64,000 nt of DNA from a virus (IMGVR_UViG_3300023184_005116:38758-102757); one strand, 5' to 3'. Positions 21,847 through 32,033 are shown, counted from the stretch's first letter. Translations and numbers: made by a program. Notes: generated by a model not told the origin, from the sequence alone.

Positions 21847-22959
21847 ATGAAAGCTAAAATTACAGACGTTAAGAAAATAGTTAAACCCCAAAATGGCGGA
21901 GGTGGGGGTGAATCCCCTAAACCACCTAAAAATACTGAAGCTTGGGACGAGGATGATGAGGATATGCCAGATGATGATCAAGAAGACGGACCAGATGGTG
22001 ACGATCAAGGAGATCAAGGAGATCAAGGTGACCAAGGCGATCAAGGTGACCAAGGAGAAGATGGTAAAGAAAAACCAGGTAAGCCTGGAAAACCAGGAAA
22101 AGGCGGGGGAGAAGGAAGGGACTTTGAAGAAATAGATCCAACTGAACCTGGTGCAACATACGAGGTTACACCTTGGCAAAAACCTTCAGGGCATACTGTA
22201 GTAGGTGAAGTACTTCCTACTGGTACATTAGGCGACGCAGAAGATGCAAGTGATAAAGATGCAGAAGCTAAAAAAGACCAATGGAAAGCTGCTACAACTG
22301 CAGCAGAATCTCAATCGAGAGGTAATATCCCAGGAGGTGTTAGAGATGCCTTAAAAAGAATGAGAACATCTATTGTTGACTGGAGAAAAGAATTAGAAGT
22401 ATTTATTGATGATGCTATTTCAAAAAGCAAATATACTTTACCTTCTAGAAGATTCTTAGGATCAGGAAAAGCTCAATATGGATATAAAAAATACAAAGAG
22501 GATTTTGAATGCGTTGTAGTTGCTATCGATACTTCTGGATCTATTTCAGATAAAATGGTAGCTCAATTCTTAGCCGAAGTTAAATCAATAGTTGATACTT
22601 ATTCTCCACAAGATCTTTATATTATATTCTGTCACACAAGTATTTATAGAGTAGATCATATACAACCTGGAGATCCTATTGAAGTTGGACAATTAAGAAG
22701 CGGCGGTACTGAATTTTATCCTCCTTTTAAATGGACGGAAGAAAACCTAATGACAAAAGGAATTATGCCTTCTGTATTTATGTACTTTACTGACGGTGAA
22801 GCGACATTCCCTAAACCTTCCGAATATGGAATTGGTGAATACGAAGATAAGTGTATTTGGGTATTACTAACATGGAATGGACAACCATTCCCTAATGAGA
22901 TTCCTTTTGGGAATAGAATAGATATTACACTTCCCAACAAGGAAGTTGGATCTATATAA
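21847..22959 (+). CDS. vWA domain protein (DUF2201 C-terminal type)
   Basis: VDWRKEL, PSRR, VVAIDTSGSIS (MIDAS), GGTEF, YFTDG. Confidence 0.8.
   Translation: MKAKITDVKKIVKPQNGGGGGESPKPPKNTEAWDEDDEDMPDDDQEDGPDGDDQGDQGDQGDQGDQGDQGEDGKEKPGKPGKPGKGGGEGRDFEEIDPTEPGATYEVTPWQKPSGHTVVGEVLPTGTLGDAEDASDKDAEAKKDQWKAATTAAESQSRGNIPGGVRDALKRMRTSIVDWRKELEVFIDDAISKSKYTLPSRRFLGSGKAQYGYKKYKEDFECVVVAIDTSGSISDKMVAQFLAEVKSIVDTYSPQDLYIIFCHTSIYRVDHIQPGDPIEVGQLRSGGTEFYPPFKWTEENLMTKGIMPSVFMYFTDGEATFPKPSEYGIGEYEDKCIWVLLTWNGQPFPNEIPFGNRIDITLPNKEVGSI
22003..22056 (+). repeat. Coding 9-bp tandem repeat, (DQG)x6
   Basis: gatcaagga/gaccaaggc units. Confidence 0.85.
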
Positions 22960-22990
22960 TGATATATACAATAGAAAATAAAAATAATCA

Positions 22991-24517
22991 ATGAAACGCA
23001 TTTACAACTTTAACGAATTTGTCAACGAGGGGTATCTCGATAAAATAGGATCCACTGTAACTGGATGGATAAAATCTATGAAAGATGCTATTAAATCTGG
23101 ATTAGTAAAATTAATACCTTCCGGTGCTAAAGCAGGTAAGCCAATGGCAACTGCATTTGACCCTGATAAAGGATCAATAGAAGCTCAGCTTTTAGATTTC
23201 TTTAAAGGAACACCTTATGCTGAAATGACATCAGAAACAAATGAAGCTCAAGTTCCTTTAGCTTATCCAAAATCTGAAGACGTTTTAGACGTAAAAGAAC
23301 CAGAGCTTAAAAAAATGATTAAAACTCGCCTTAAAGCAGTTTTAAAAGCTGGGGACGAAGATAATATTCAAGGAGTATTAGATGTTAAACCTATTTTTAT
23401 CTTTGGAGCTCCTGGTATTGGTAAAACACAAATCGTTGCTCAAGTATGTGATGAATTAGGAAGAGAACTTTACGGTAAGCCTTTAAACTTGGCTTTTGTA
23501 GATGGTGAGTTTGCAGAACCAGTAGACTTTGCTGGTGTACCTTCAGTAGTAGACGTTGAAAATCCTAGTGATGAAAGTCCTTACGGAAAAGGTATTACTA
23601 GATCTAACGTATCTGTTAACCTTTTACCTAATGATAACGGTAGAGATAATATGGGTGGTATTCTTTTCATTGATGAGTTAAACCGTATGCCACAAGAGGT
23701 TGTTAAAGTTTTTATGAAGCTTGCACAAAGCAGAAGACTTGGACAAACTTATAATATTCCTAATAAATGGTATATTGTAGCTGCTGGTAATAGAGCAGAA
23801 GATGATCCAAGAGAAGTTAAGCAAATGGGTACAGCTCTTAGAGATCGTTTCTCAGTTGTTAACTTTTTACCTACAGTTGCTGGTCTAAGAAAATATATTG
23901 AAGGTGGAAGATTAAAAGATGTTGTTATTCCTGAATTATTAGACTTTTTAGAATTCCAACAAGAATATTTCCACAACCTTGATCCTGCTAAACAAATGAT
24001 TAAATATCCAACTCCTAGAGCTTGGACTGATGCTGCAATTGGATTAAAAAGAGTTATGGACGAACTTTCTTCTGAAGGTGTAACTGAATTATCCGATAAA
24101 GATATTATTAGTGCATTTCAAGTAGAAGTAGGATATGAAGCTGCTGCTGCATTCCTAGATTTCTATAAAATTGCTAAAGAAATTCCAGTTAAAGATTTAA
24201 TGCTTCCGTTCACTAACCCTGATAAAGCACCTCTTCCTGATGATAAGAAAGATCCTAAGTCTGGAAGACCTAGAGCTGATTATGCACACGCATTACTTTC
24301 TGCTATTATCAGAAAAAGTAAAGATACTACACTTACGGATAAAGAAGTATGTAACTTTGCTTCTTATCTACAAAGAGTTAACTCTCCAGAATGGGGTAAC
24401 GCTGCTATTGCAAACCTATTCAAAGAGCATACTTACTTAAGAAAAGACGCTAAAGCAATTCAATGTATCGCTCCACTAGCTGGTAAATGGGGTGCAGAAC
24501 TTGGAACGGAATTATAA
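22991..24517 (+). CDS. MoxR-like AAA+ ATPase
   Basis: GAPGIGKT Walker A, ILFIDELNR Walker B, AAGN, ALRDRF, PTPRAW. Confidence 0.85.
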   Translation: MKRIYNFNEFVNEGYLDKIGSTVTGWIKSMKDAIKSGLVKLIPSGAKAGKPMATAFDPDKGSIEAQLLDFFKGTPYAEMTSETNEAQVPLAYPKSEDVLDVKEPELKKMIKTRLKAVLKAGDEDNIQGVLDVKPIFIFGAPGIGKTQIVAQVCDELGRELYGKPLNLAFVDGEFAEPVDFAGVPSVVDVENPSDESPYGKGITRSNVSVNLLPNDNGRDNMGGILFIDELNRMPQEVVKVFMKLAQSRRLGQTYNIPNKWYIVAAGNRAEDDPREVKQMGTALRDRFSVVNFLPTVAGLRKYIEGGRLKDVVIPELLDFLEFQQEYFHNLDPAKQMIKYPTPRAWTDAAIGLKRVMDELSSEGVTELSDKDIISAFQVEVGYEAAAAFLDFYKIAKEIPVKDLMLPFTNPDKAPLPDDKKDPKSGRPRADYAHALLSAIIRKSKDTTLTDKEVCNFASYLQRVNSPEWGNAAIANLFKEHTYLRKDAKAIQCIAPLAGKWGAELGTEL

Positions 24518-24522
24518 TTTGA

Positions 24523-24795
24523 ATGAAGAAGTTCAGTAAAATACTGGAAGGTCATACCAAAAAGTATGACCTTTCTAATAGTAAGAGACTTCTAGAAGAG
24601 GCAAGAGATAGGATTGATTCGGTAAGAAAAGAATTCTCTTCCTTTGAAGATGCAGATACAACTGAACTAGAGGAAGCTTGGAATCTTATAGATAAATATC
24701 ATGGTAATGTAGTTAGAGGAGAGATATTTAAGAGAAGAAAAAAAGATCAATATATCCCTAATACATCAGCTATAGTACCAAATAAAGGAAACTAA
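24523..24795 (+). CDS. Hypothetical protein
   Basis: 90 aa ORF, N-terminus MKKFSKILE. Confidence 0.5.
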   Translation: MKKFSKILEGHTKKYDLSNSKRLLEEARDRIDSVRKEFSSFEDADTTELEEAWNLIDKYHGNVVRGEIFKRRKKDQYIPNTSAIVPNKGN

Positions 24796-24799
24796 AAAT

Positions 24800-25333
24800 A
24801 TGAAACATATAAAATTATTCGAACATTTCTTAAATGAAGATGGATATGGAAGAGATTTTTTCGTAAAGGAAAAAGCAGGTAAACTGATGCAATACTTCTT
24901 CAAAATAGAAGGTGAGGAAGATGATCTAGGATTTGTAGTTTCTCTTGGTAAGCTATCAAGAAATACTAATATAGAATCTGCTGAAAATAGTTATGCAGTT
25001 CTTTCCGTAGAGCCAATTAAAGAAGCTGTAATGGACGATTATCTCGTTAAAGACTCTGATTTTAAGTCAAGAGAAGATGATGTGTTTACGCTTACTAAAT
25101 CGGAGTTTATGCGCTTTTATAAGATAGCTGGAGAGTGTATAAAAGACTATTTACAAAGCAATCCTAAGGTAACTTTTATATACGACGAAATGCCATTAAA
25201 TATAGATATGGATTTTGATGATTATAAATCAAATGTTAAGAGTTTAATGGATTCTTGGAGCTATAATAAATGGAGCTTACAAGAGGGTTCAGTAAATAAG
25301 ACTTTGGTTTATTCAAGAAGAGATCATGACTAA
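24800..25333 (+). CDS. Hypothetical protein, putative head-packaged
   Basis: N-terminus MKHIKLFEHFLNE. Confidence 0.5.
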   Translation: MKHIKLFEHFLNEDGYGRDFFVKEKAGKLMQYFFKIEGEEDDLGFVVSLGKLSRNTNIESAENSYAVLSVEPIKEAVMDDYLVKDSDFKSREDDVFTLTKSEFMRFYKIAGECIKDYLQSNPKVTFIYDEMPLNIDMDFDDYKSNVKSLMDSWSYNKWSLQEGSVNKTLVYSRRDHD

Positions 25334-25667
25334 TATATTAAAATTTGACGAGTTTATAAACGAATCAAGAATTCCTATTGCTTGGGCTAAGCCTTCGCAG
25401 TTAACCACAAAGATACTTTCTTTTATTGATGAAAAACAAAAGGTGTCTAAAAAAGAATTAATTGAATTCTTGGAAAGCGTACCTGAAGATGCTTCTGGGA
25501 AAAAACCTAATATATCTTGGGTTCGAAACCATAAGAAGTATGTGAAGTATAAGATACAAGAAGAGGATGCAAATTATTATTCTTTGACCCCCTTAGGAAA
25601 AAGAGTACTTAAATCTTCAAAAATTAATGAAACAACTGAGGGAAATCAAACTAAAATTATAAAATAA
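25326..25667 (+). CDS. Winged-helix-like protein, putative head-packaged
   Basis: N-terminus MTNILKFDEFINE; YYSLTPLGKRVL is a typical winged-helix end motif. Confidence 0.45.
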   Translation: MTNILKFDEFINESRIPIAWAKPSQLTTKILSFIDEKQKVSKKELIEFLESVPEDASGKKPNISWVRNHKKYVKYKIQEEDANYYSLTPLGKRVLKSSKINETTEGNQTKIIK

Positions 25668-25673
25668 CAAAAA

Positions 25674-25853
25674 ATGGAAAATTACACAAAAATTCAGGAA
25701 TTGGTAGAAAGCATGAGCAAAGACATTGAGGCGTTCTACGTAAAAGGTAACAAATCTGCTGGTACACGAGTTCGTACTGCTTGCCAAGATCTTAAAAAAT
25801 TAGCTCAAGAATTAAGAGTAAATGTACAAGAAACTAAAAACACTAAATCTTAA
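25674..25853 (+). CDS. Histone H1-like (Hc1 family) DNA-binding protein; not in ORF track
   Basis: Manual translation, 59 aa: MENYTKIQELVESMSKDIEAFYVKGNKSAGTRVRTACQDLKKLAQELRVNVQETKNTKS; KGNKSAGTRVR signature. Confidence 0.8.
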   Translation: MENYTKIQELVESMSKDIEAFYVKGNKSAGTRVRTACQDLKKLAQELRVNVQETKNTKS

Positions 25854-25858
25854 TTATA

Positions 25859-26089
25859 ATGGGATACTACATTTGTAAAGTTAGTTTTTTTTCTGGTGAG
25901 GTTTCTAAATCTACCGGAAAAGCAAAAGCTTCGAAATCGGAAATTTTAGTAGAAGCAGAAAGTGTAACAGAAGCAGAGGCAAACTTAAATAAGCATTTGT
26001 CTGGCGAAGTTTCAACAGCACATCTTGACTTTGAAGTAACTTCAGTAGCTCAATCTAAAATTGAGTCTGTAGTTCACTTAAAGGCATAA
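25859..26089 (+). CDS. DUF4494-like protein
   Basis: YICKV...ILVEAESVTEAEA...FEVTSV pattern recalled from Bacteroidota DUF4494. Confidence 0.65.
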   Translation: MGYYICKVSFFSGEVSKSTGKAKASKSEILVEAESVTEAEANLNKHLSGEVSTAHLDFEVTSVAQSKIESVVHLKA

Positions 26090-26109
26090 GATCAAAATCA
26101 TTTAAGAAG

Positions 26110-26146
26110 TCCCAGTAAGATATATAATATATTACTGGGATTTTTT
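26110..26146 (+). terminator. Intrinsic terminator with GATATATA motif in the loop
   Basis: tcccagtaa...ttactggga stem followed by tttttt. Confidence 0.7.
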
Positions 26147-26169
26147 GTATCCCATGAATTATAATTTGT

Positions 26170-26340
26170 ATGACAAAAAAAAGAAAATCAGCGGAAACTA
26201 GTTCTTATGAACCACCTGTTTCCCCAGTAAAAATCCCAAAAGGAGATACTGGATTTAATACAGTTAAGAAAGGATACAGAAGATTTATCTGGTCATGGAA
26301 AGAATATATAGGTAAGAAGCCAAAATTTACAGATAGCTAA
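26170..26340 (+). CDS. Small hypothetical protein; not in ORF track
   Basis: Manual translation, 56 aa MTKKRKSAETSSYEPP...WSWKEYIGKKPKFTDS; fills the gap before 26344. Confidence 0.5.
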   Translation: MTKKRKSAETSSYEPPVSPVKIPKGDTGFNTVKKGYRRFIWSWKEYIGKKPKFTDS

Positions 26341-26343
26341 GAT

Positions 26344-26547
26344 ATGTCAACAGTTTCAAAAACAAAACACAAAGAATTACCAGAAGTTAAAGAAGGAGCT
26401 GAAACACCTTCGGGAAATTCTGGACCAGTTCCTACCGTGTATCCATATCTAAATCCAGAATCGAATAAACCAAAAAAGAAATCACAATCTGCTAAAATGC
26501 AAAATCTTGCAGATTATAGAGAATTCATATCAAAAATAAAAAAATAA
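26344..26547 (+). CDS. Hypothetical protein
   Basis: 67 aa; C-terminal LADYREFISK. Confidence 0.5.
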   Translation: MSTVSKTKHKELPEVKEGAETPSGNSGPVPTVYPYLNPESNKPKKKSQSAKMQNLADYREFISKIKK

Positions 26548-26548
26548 A

Positions 26549-27055
26549 ATGGAAGAATTAAACGAAGACTGTGGATGTGGATCCACTACAGATAACATCA
26601 GAAGTTATACAGGAAGTAGTACTCCTAAATACTCTCAAGATCCTTTAGTTGGTAAAAGAGTTTCTTTAACTGACGGAAGAAGCGGTCTAGTTGATGATTC
26701 AATCAGAAATAATACTGGGGAAGTTATTGGATATGTTATTGAAGGCGATAGAGGAGCTTATAGAGTTTTTAAAAATAAAATCACTGGTATCATGGACGAA
26801 AGCGGTGGAGCTTTTGCTTCTTTAGCGGGAACCCCCGGAATGGGAAATGTGGTACCTCCAACACCGGATCACGAAGGATCGGGGGATCAATTCCCAAGTC
26901 TTACTGTGGGAACACCTGCAGCTAAAGGTAAGAAGAAAAAGAAAACACCAGTTGTGACAGAGACTACCTCAGTAAAAACGCCAAACCCACTTTCCACTTC
27001 ATTGATGGATTTTAAAACATTTTTGGACAACAGCAAAAAGAATCAGAATAAATAA
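26549..27055 (+). CDS. Hypothetical protein
   Basis: 168 aa; C-terminal LMDFKTFLDN. Confidence 0.5.
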   Translation: MEELNEDCGCGSTTDNIRSYTGSSTPKYSQDPLVGKRVSLTDGRSGLVDDSIRNNTGEVIGYVIEGDRGAYRVFKNKITGIMDESGGAFASLAGTPGMGNVVPPTPDHEGSGDQFPSLTVGTPAAKGKKKKKTPVVTETTSVKTPNPLSTSLMDFKTFLDNSKKNQNK

Positions 27056-27076
27056 GAAAAATTGACATATAAAATT

Positions 27077-27108
27077 AAATCCAAGTGACAAAATTGCTTG
27101 GATTTTTT
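27077..27108 (+). terminator. Probable intrinsic terminator
   Basis: aaatccaag...cttggattt stem followed by a T-run. Confidence 0.55.
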
Positions 27109-27162
27109 GTTTTGTATCATTTGGTATTTAATTTGTAATAATAACTATAAAAAATAAAAGAT

Positions 27163-27495
27163 ATGTTTATAGAATTTGAAAAAGAGATCCCTTTCTTTTT
27201 AAAGACCTTAAGAAATACGATCAATGGCCACAAAATAAAAAATGGTACAATCGTAATTGAAGTACCAGGTTTTACGAAATCTGATCTAAAGATTACTTTA
27301 GAAGGATACGTAATGAGCGTTACCGGTAAAAAAGAGATATTAGGAGAAGCCTATGAGATTGATCAAAAAATAGTTTTACCTGCAGGATCTTTAAATTCTG
27401 ACGATCCAATTACAGCTAAGGTTGAAGATGGTTTACTTTATATTAGTCTTAAAAAATCTGAAAGAAGTAAACAAACAACAGTAGACATTTCTTAA
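27163..27495 (+). CDS. Small heat-shock protein (Hsp20 family)
   Basis: IEVPGFTKSDLKITLEG...ITAKVEDGLLYISLKK alpha-crystallin motifs. Confidence 0.85.
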   Translation: MFIEFEKEIPFFLKTLRNTINGHKIKNGTIVIEVPGFTKSDLKITLEGYVMSVTGKKEILGEAYEIDQKIVLPAGSLNSDDPITAKVEDGLLYISLKKSERSKQTTVDIS

Positions 27496-27554
27496 TATCC
27501 CTATAAAGGCTAGAGCGATTAAACTATATTTTCTGTTCTTGTAATATATACACT

Positions 27555-28151
27555 ATGGAACATTTAATAGAATTTAATCGCTTTAGGTCTATAAACGAAA
27601 GTGTAGTTGCAGTTACATCTAATTGGTTTTTAATACACGACGAAGGATCTTTCCAAAAGAAAGAAGAAGGCGGTTATTTAGTATTTAACCAAAAGGGTAA
27701 TTTTACAATTGTTTATAAAAAGAAAAATTCGGAGGAAGAGGAATCTAGACTTGAATTTTTTGTTTCTAAAGAAGCATCCCCTGATAAAAAAAGCTTGTGT
27801 CAATGTACCATAATTTCTAAGGATGGTAAAACAACAGCAAAGAAAGTATTTGATAATATTGATGCAGTATCCGTATGGGAAATATTAGCCATATTTTTCG
27901 ATTATTCTGATATTGAAAAGGAAAACAAGGAAGAAGCTAATAGATTCATTCTAGGTATGTCTAAATCATTAAAAGCATTGGTAAAATCTGAATATGCAGA
28001 TCAACTTCCTGCATCATTTAAAGCATTAGTAAAATATACAAAAGAAGGTTCTGAAAAGTCTAATCCTAATATTAAAATAAATTCTGAAAGTGATAAGTTT
28101 AAATTTGAAGAATTAATTACCAGATTTATAGAATTCTTTAAGAAATCTTAA
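27555..28151 (+). CDS. Hypothetical protein, putative head-packaged
   Basis: N-terminus MEHLIEFNRFRSINE; AATATATA upstream. Confidence 0.5.
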   Translation: MEHLIEFNRFRSINESVVAVTSNWFLIHDEGSFQKKEEGGYLVFNQKGNFTIVYKKKNSEEEESRLEFFVSKEASPDKKSLCQCTIISKDGKTTAKKVFDNIDAVSVWEILAIFFDYSDIEKENKEEANRFILGMSKSLKALVKSEYADQLPASFKALVKYTKEGSEKSNPNIKINSESDKFKFEELITRFIEFFKKS

Positions 28152-28459
28152 GAAACTGATATTTCCTTCTTTTTTAATTCTTCCAAGAAGTTTTTCCAAA
28201 CCTGTAGTCCGTCTTTTATTCCTGATTTTGGGAATTTATGAAATTCCGCTCTTTGCGACATAATGTAAGCTGCTATTATAGCATCTTTTACTTCTATCTC
28301 TTTCTTTTCAATCATGTCCTGTAATCTTCTTACGGATCTTAATGCCTCATCTCTGTTTACGAATCTTAGTCCTTTGGGATGTTTATTTCCCTTAGCAAAA
28401 GGATTTATGTCGTTTAGATAAACTTGCTCAAAAAGTTTGAATGGTAGAATATTTTTCAC
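28148..28459 (-). CDS. Hypothetical protein, putative head-packaged
   Basis: N-terminus MKNILPFKLFEQ; GAATATATA on the minus strand at 28464-28472. Confidence 0.55.
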   Translation of the reverse strand: MKNILPFKLFEQVYLNDINPFAKGNKHPKGLRFVNRDEALRSVRRLQDMIEKKEIEVKDAIIAAYIMSQRAEFHKFPKSGIKDGLQVWKNFLEELKKKEISVS

Positions 28460-28521
28460 ATCCTATATATTCTTTTCCGTAATAGATTGAAACCTCTACT
28501 GAAGATTGCTATAAGATAGTT

Positions 28522-29928
28522 ATGATAATAGATATTGAAACATCAGGATCTAACCTCTCTGTCTCCCATTATACCGAGGAAGGAGAGGTAAAATTTTTAA
28601 AATTACCGATCCCGAAATCTCAACAATTTGTATGGCAAAAAACTTCAGCATCAGATAAAAACAGAGATAAAGAATGGCTTTCGTGGGATGGATTACCAGT
28701 AAAAAAAGTTAGTACTTATAAACTTGACAAATATCGAGTAGTTGAAATATTAGAATCCTTTGATAAGGAAATAACTAAGCCTCTTTGGGAATATCAAACC
28801 CCTAAAAAGTACTTTGTCGATATTGAGGTTGAGATAACCGACAATCGGGCAGATTCTTTAGATACAGAAAATGCTAAAAATAGAATTCTCTCAATTGGTA
28901 TGGCTTCTTCCCACGGGAAGATACTTGTTATTGGTCTGGAGGATATAGAGCCAGAAAGAATACTTAAAATAGAAAAAAGAATTAAGGAGCATTTTAAAGG
29001 ACAGGAAGGGGATTGGTCTTTCAATTATAGAAAATTTGAAAGCGAATTTGATATGCTCTATACCTTTCTATCTAAGCTGGTTCCTAAAATGCCATTAATT
29101 ACTGGATGGAACTGGTTTGGATATGACTGGCCTTACATTGTAAACAGATGTAAAAGATTAGGTATAGAACCAAGTATATGCTCTCCAAGTGGTGTATTAA
29201 AAGGCAAGAAGCAAATGCCAATGCACATTTTAATGGTCGATTATCTAGAGATCTATAAAAAATGGGATAGGGTAATTAAAGTTAGAGAATCTAATTCGTT
29301 GGATTATGTTGCAACTCAAGCTATAGGAATTAAAAAAATTCACTACCAAGGAACTCTTAAGGATTTATACGAATCAGATTTTGAAACGTTTATTTTCTAT
29401 AACGCAGTTGACTGTGTGTTAGTACATTATATTGACAGAAGATTGGATACACTTTCTACATTCTTTAAGATTGCAGAAGTAAGTGGGGTAGAGATCGATA
29501 GAGCACTTTCACCAGTTTGGACCACAGAGGTACTAATGCTTAAAAAATTCTTGGATAGAAAACAAGTAATTATAAACGAGAGAAAAGAAGAAACACACGT
29601 AAAATTTGAAGGAGCATATGTAAAGAAGCCAGAAAAAGGTCTTTACGAATGGATTGCATGTTACGACTTTGCTTCACTATATCCCAATACGATGATGCAA
29701 TGGGGGATATCACCTGAGATTTATTTAGGTAAGAATTTACAAAATATACCAGAAGGAGCTATTAAAACTTCTTCAGGGGCAGTCTTTTATAGTAAAGACG
29801 GGAAAGAGCCAATGTTAAGAGAAATTTTACAGGGATTATACACACAAAGAAAGGCTACTAAAAAGAAGTATTTCGAATGTGAAAAGGAAATTGAAAAAAT
29901 TAAAAAAGCAATAAAATCAAAATCATAA
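28522..29928 (+). CDS. Family B DNA polymerase, N-terminal part (3'-5' exonuclease plus motif A)
   Basis: DIEVE (ExoI), GWNWFGYDWPY (ExoII), YNAVD (ExoIII), FEGAYV, YDFASLYP; ends in a fingers helix. Confidence 0.9.
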   Translation: MIIDIETSGSNLSVSHYTEEGEVKFLKLPIPKSQQFVWQKTSASDKNRDKEWLSWDGLPVKKVSTYKLDKYRVVEILESFDKEITKPLWEYQTPKKYFVDIEVEITDNRADSLDTENAKNRILSIGMASSHGKILVIGLEDIEPERILKIEKRIKEHFKGQEGDWSFNYRKFESEFDMLYTFLSKLVPKMPLITGWNWFGYDWPYIVNRCKRLGIEPSICSPSGVLKGKKQMPMHILMVDYLEIYKKWDRVIKVRESNSLDYVATQAIGIKKIHYQGTLKDLYESDFETFIFYNAVDCVLVHYIDRRLDTLSTFFKIAEVSGVEIDRALSPVWTTEVLMLKKFLDRKQVIINERKEETHVKFEGAYVKKPEKGLYEWIACYDFASLYPNTMMQWGISPEIYLGKNLQNIPEGAIKTSSGAVFYSKDGKEPMLREILQGLYTQRKATKKKYFECEKEIEKIKKAIKSKS

Positions 29929-29930
29929 TT

Positions 29931-30398
29931 ATGGCAAACGTAGACAACGAATGTAAAGACTTAGAAATCAAGGATTTTTATGAGGAATCAACCTCACACC
30001 TTTCTGATATTATGGAACATCAGAAAAGAATGCAAGAAGAAACTTATGGAATTAAGTTTGAAGAAATGTCAATTAAGGACATTATGAATTTCTGGCATGT
30101 TAACACTCATGCAGTGATTGACGAGATCCACGAAATGACTGATGCTCTAGGAGGTATTAAGGATGGGAGTGGTAACGCAGTATGGAAATATTGGAAAAAA
30201 GATCATAAGAAATATGAGACCATGAAAATTTCAGATCTTTCTGAAAATGACAAGAAAGAACTCTTCATGGAGTGGATAGATATCTTACACTTTTTTATAA
30301 ACTATGCGGCTTCTATAGGACTAGATGCTAAAACCGTTTACAATTATTATTTCGCAAAAGCCGAGGAAAACAAACAAAGACAAAAAAGGGGATACTAA
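29931..30398 (+). CDS. Dimeric all-alpha dUTPase/dCTPase
   Basis: [34 protein letters not shown]. Confidence 0.85.
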   Translation: MANVDNECKDLEIKDFYEESTSHLSDIMEHQKRMQEETYGIKFEEMSIKDIMNFWHVNTHAVIDEIHEMTDALGGIKDGSGNAVWKYWKKDHKKYETMKISDLSENDKKELFMEWIDILHFFINYAASIGLDAKTVYNYYFAKAEENKQRQKRGY

Positions 30399-30402
30399 AA
30401 AC

Positions 30403-31383
30403 ATGGAAGACATATTAAAACCAAATCCGAAAAGATTTTCGTTATTACCAGTACAACACCAGGATATCTGGAAAATGTACAAGACAGCAGAAGCTTCATT
30501 CTGGACTGCTGAAGAAATTGATTTAGCACAAGATATTACTCACTGGAGAGATAAGCTAAACGATAATGAGAGATATTTCATAAAGCACGTATTAGCCTTT
30601 TTTAACAACTCTGATGGCATAGTCAATGAAAACCTTGCCGCTAACTTTTTTAATCAGGTACAGTATCCAGAAGCACGTTGTTTCTATGGATTTCAATTGA
30701 TGATGGAGAACATCCACGGGGAGACATACTCTCTTTTAATAGATTCTTACATTTCCGATGAGGAAGAAAAAACACATTTATTTAATGCAATAGAAACTGT
30801 TCCCTCTGTTAAAAGAAAAGCTGATTGGGCTTTTAAATGGGTAGAGAATGGGACTTTTGCAGAAAAGCTAATTGCTTTTGCAGCCGTGGAGGGAATATTC
30901 TTTTCCGGATCGTTCTGTTCTATCTTTTGGTTAAAGAAAAGAGGATTAATGCCTGGTCTTTCCTTCTCTAATGAATTAATCTCTAGAGACGAAGGTTTAC
31001 ATTGCGATTTTGCTTGTTTACTTTACACTAACTACATTGAAGAGAAAATCCCAGAAGAAACTATTAAACAAGTAATTGGTGAAGCTGTAGAGATTGAAAA
31101 GGAGTTTGTTACTGCATCATTGCCTGTTAGATTAATTGGTATGAACTCAGATTTAATGTGCGAGTACATTGAATTTGTTGCAGACAGATTATTATTTTCA
31201 TTAGGTTGTTCTAAGATGTATGGTACTAAATGTCCTTTTGATTTCATGACAAATATTGCTCTTGAAAACAAAGGAAATTTCTTTGAAGGAAGAGTGGGAT
31301 CATACCAAAAATCTGGAGTTATGGATAGTGCAAAAGAAGGAAATAACAATACTAAATCGTTCACTATGGATGCGGATTTCTAA
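30403..31383 (+). CDS. nrdB: Ribonucleotide reductase class Ia beta subunit
   Basis: [43 protein letters not shown]; ATG 30403 preferred as start. Confidence 0.95.
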   Translation: MEDILKPNPKRFSLLPVQHQDIWKMYKTAEASFWTAEEIDLAQDITHWRDKLNDNERYFIKHVLAFFNNSDGIVNENLAANFFNQVQYPEARCFYGFQLMMENIHGETYSLLIDSYISDEEEKTHLFNAIETVPSVKRKADWAFKWVENGTFAEKLIAFAAVEGIFFSGSFCSIFWLKKRGLMPGLSFSNELISRDEGLHCDFACLLYTNYIEEKIPEETIKQVIGEAVEIEKEFVTASLPVRLIGMNSDLMCEYIEFVADRLLFSLGCSKMYGTKCPFDFMTNIALENKGNFFEGRVGSYQKSGVMDSAKEGNNNTKSFTMDADF

Positions 31384-31430
31384 TTTCTATTAGAATAATC
31401 TATCCTGATATATAAAATAAAATATTAAAA

Positions 31431-32033
31431 GTGTCTCAAAAAACCAGAACCCAGCTCAAGTCAATCTTTACCCAAGGTACTATACCTAGTCAACAAGATT
31501 TTGAAGATTTTATAGATAGTATATGGAACTTAAGCGATGACGGATCAATTGCAGGAGCAACTGGTCCGGCTGGAGCTATCGGAGCTACCGGTCCTTTCTT
31601 AGGTGGAGATTTTGGAGAATTATATTCTAATGGTTCAACAGGATCTTTTAGTACTGGTTTATTATCTGGTGCTTCTTGGATATGGGATACAGGAATAGTT
31701 GGAGAAACATACGGAACAACAGGAACAAACGGAGTAAGTGGTACTACTAATGCCTCTTTACAAATTTCAAATACCGGTGTTTATAGTGTTTCTGTTTCTT
31801 CAAATCTTGTAGTTTCTGGATTAACTGTAGATCCTATCACTATACAAGTTTTAGTCAATACTGCTACAAACCCAAAATTAACATTTGATGTATCATATGA
31901 AAAAGCATCATGGTCAGCTTTTTATTCTTTCACATCGGGAGATGTAATTACTCTTAAGATAAAAAACCCGTCATTGTCTAATGCAGTTGTTTCAACGGGG
32001 ACCTTGTTTATGAACATCATACAGATTAAATAA
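31431..32033 (+). CDS. Virion fibre/decoration-like protein
   Basis: TQLKSIFTQGTIPSQQDFEDFIDS N-terminal motif, GATGPAG repeats, BclA/C1q-like C-terminus; own GATATATA motif. Confidence 0.5.
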   Translation: MSQKTRTQLKSIFTQGTIPSQQDFEDFIDSIWNLSDDGSIAGATGPAGAIGATGPFLGGDFGELYSNGSTGSFSTGLLSGASWIWDTGIVGETYGTTGTNGVSGTTNASLQISNTGVYSVSVSSNLVVSGLTVDPITIQVLVNTATNPKLTFDVSYEKASWSAFYSFTSGDVITLKIKNPSLSNAVVSTGTLFMNIIQIK

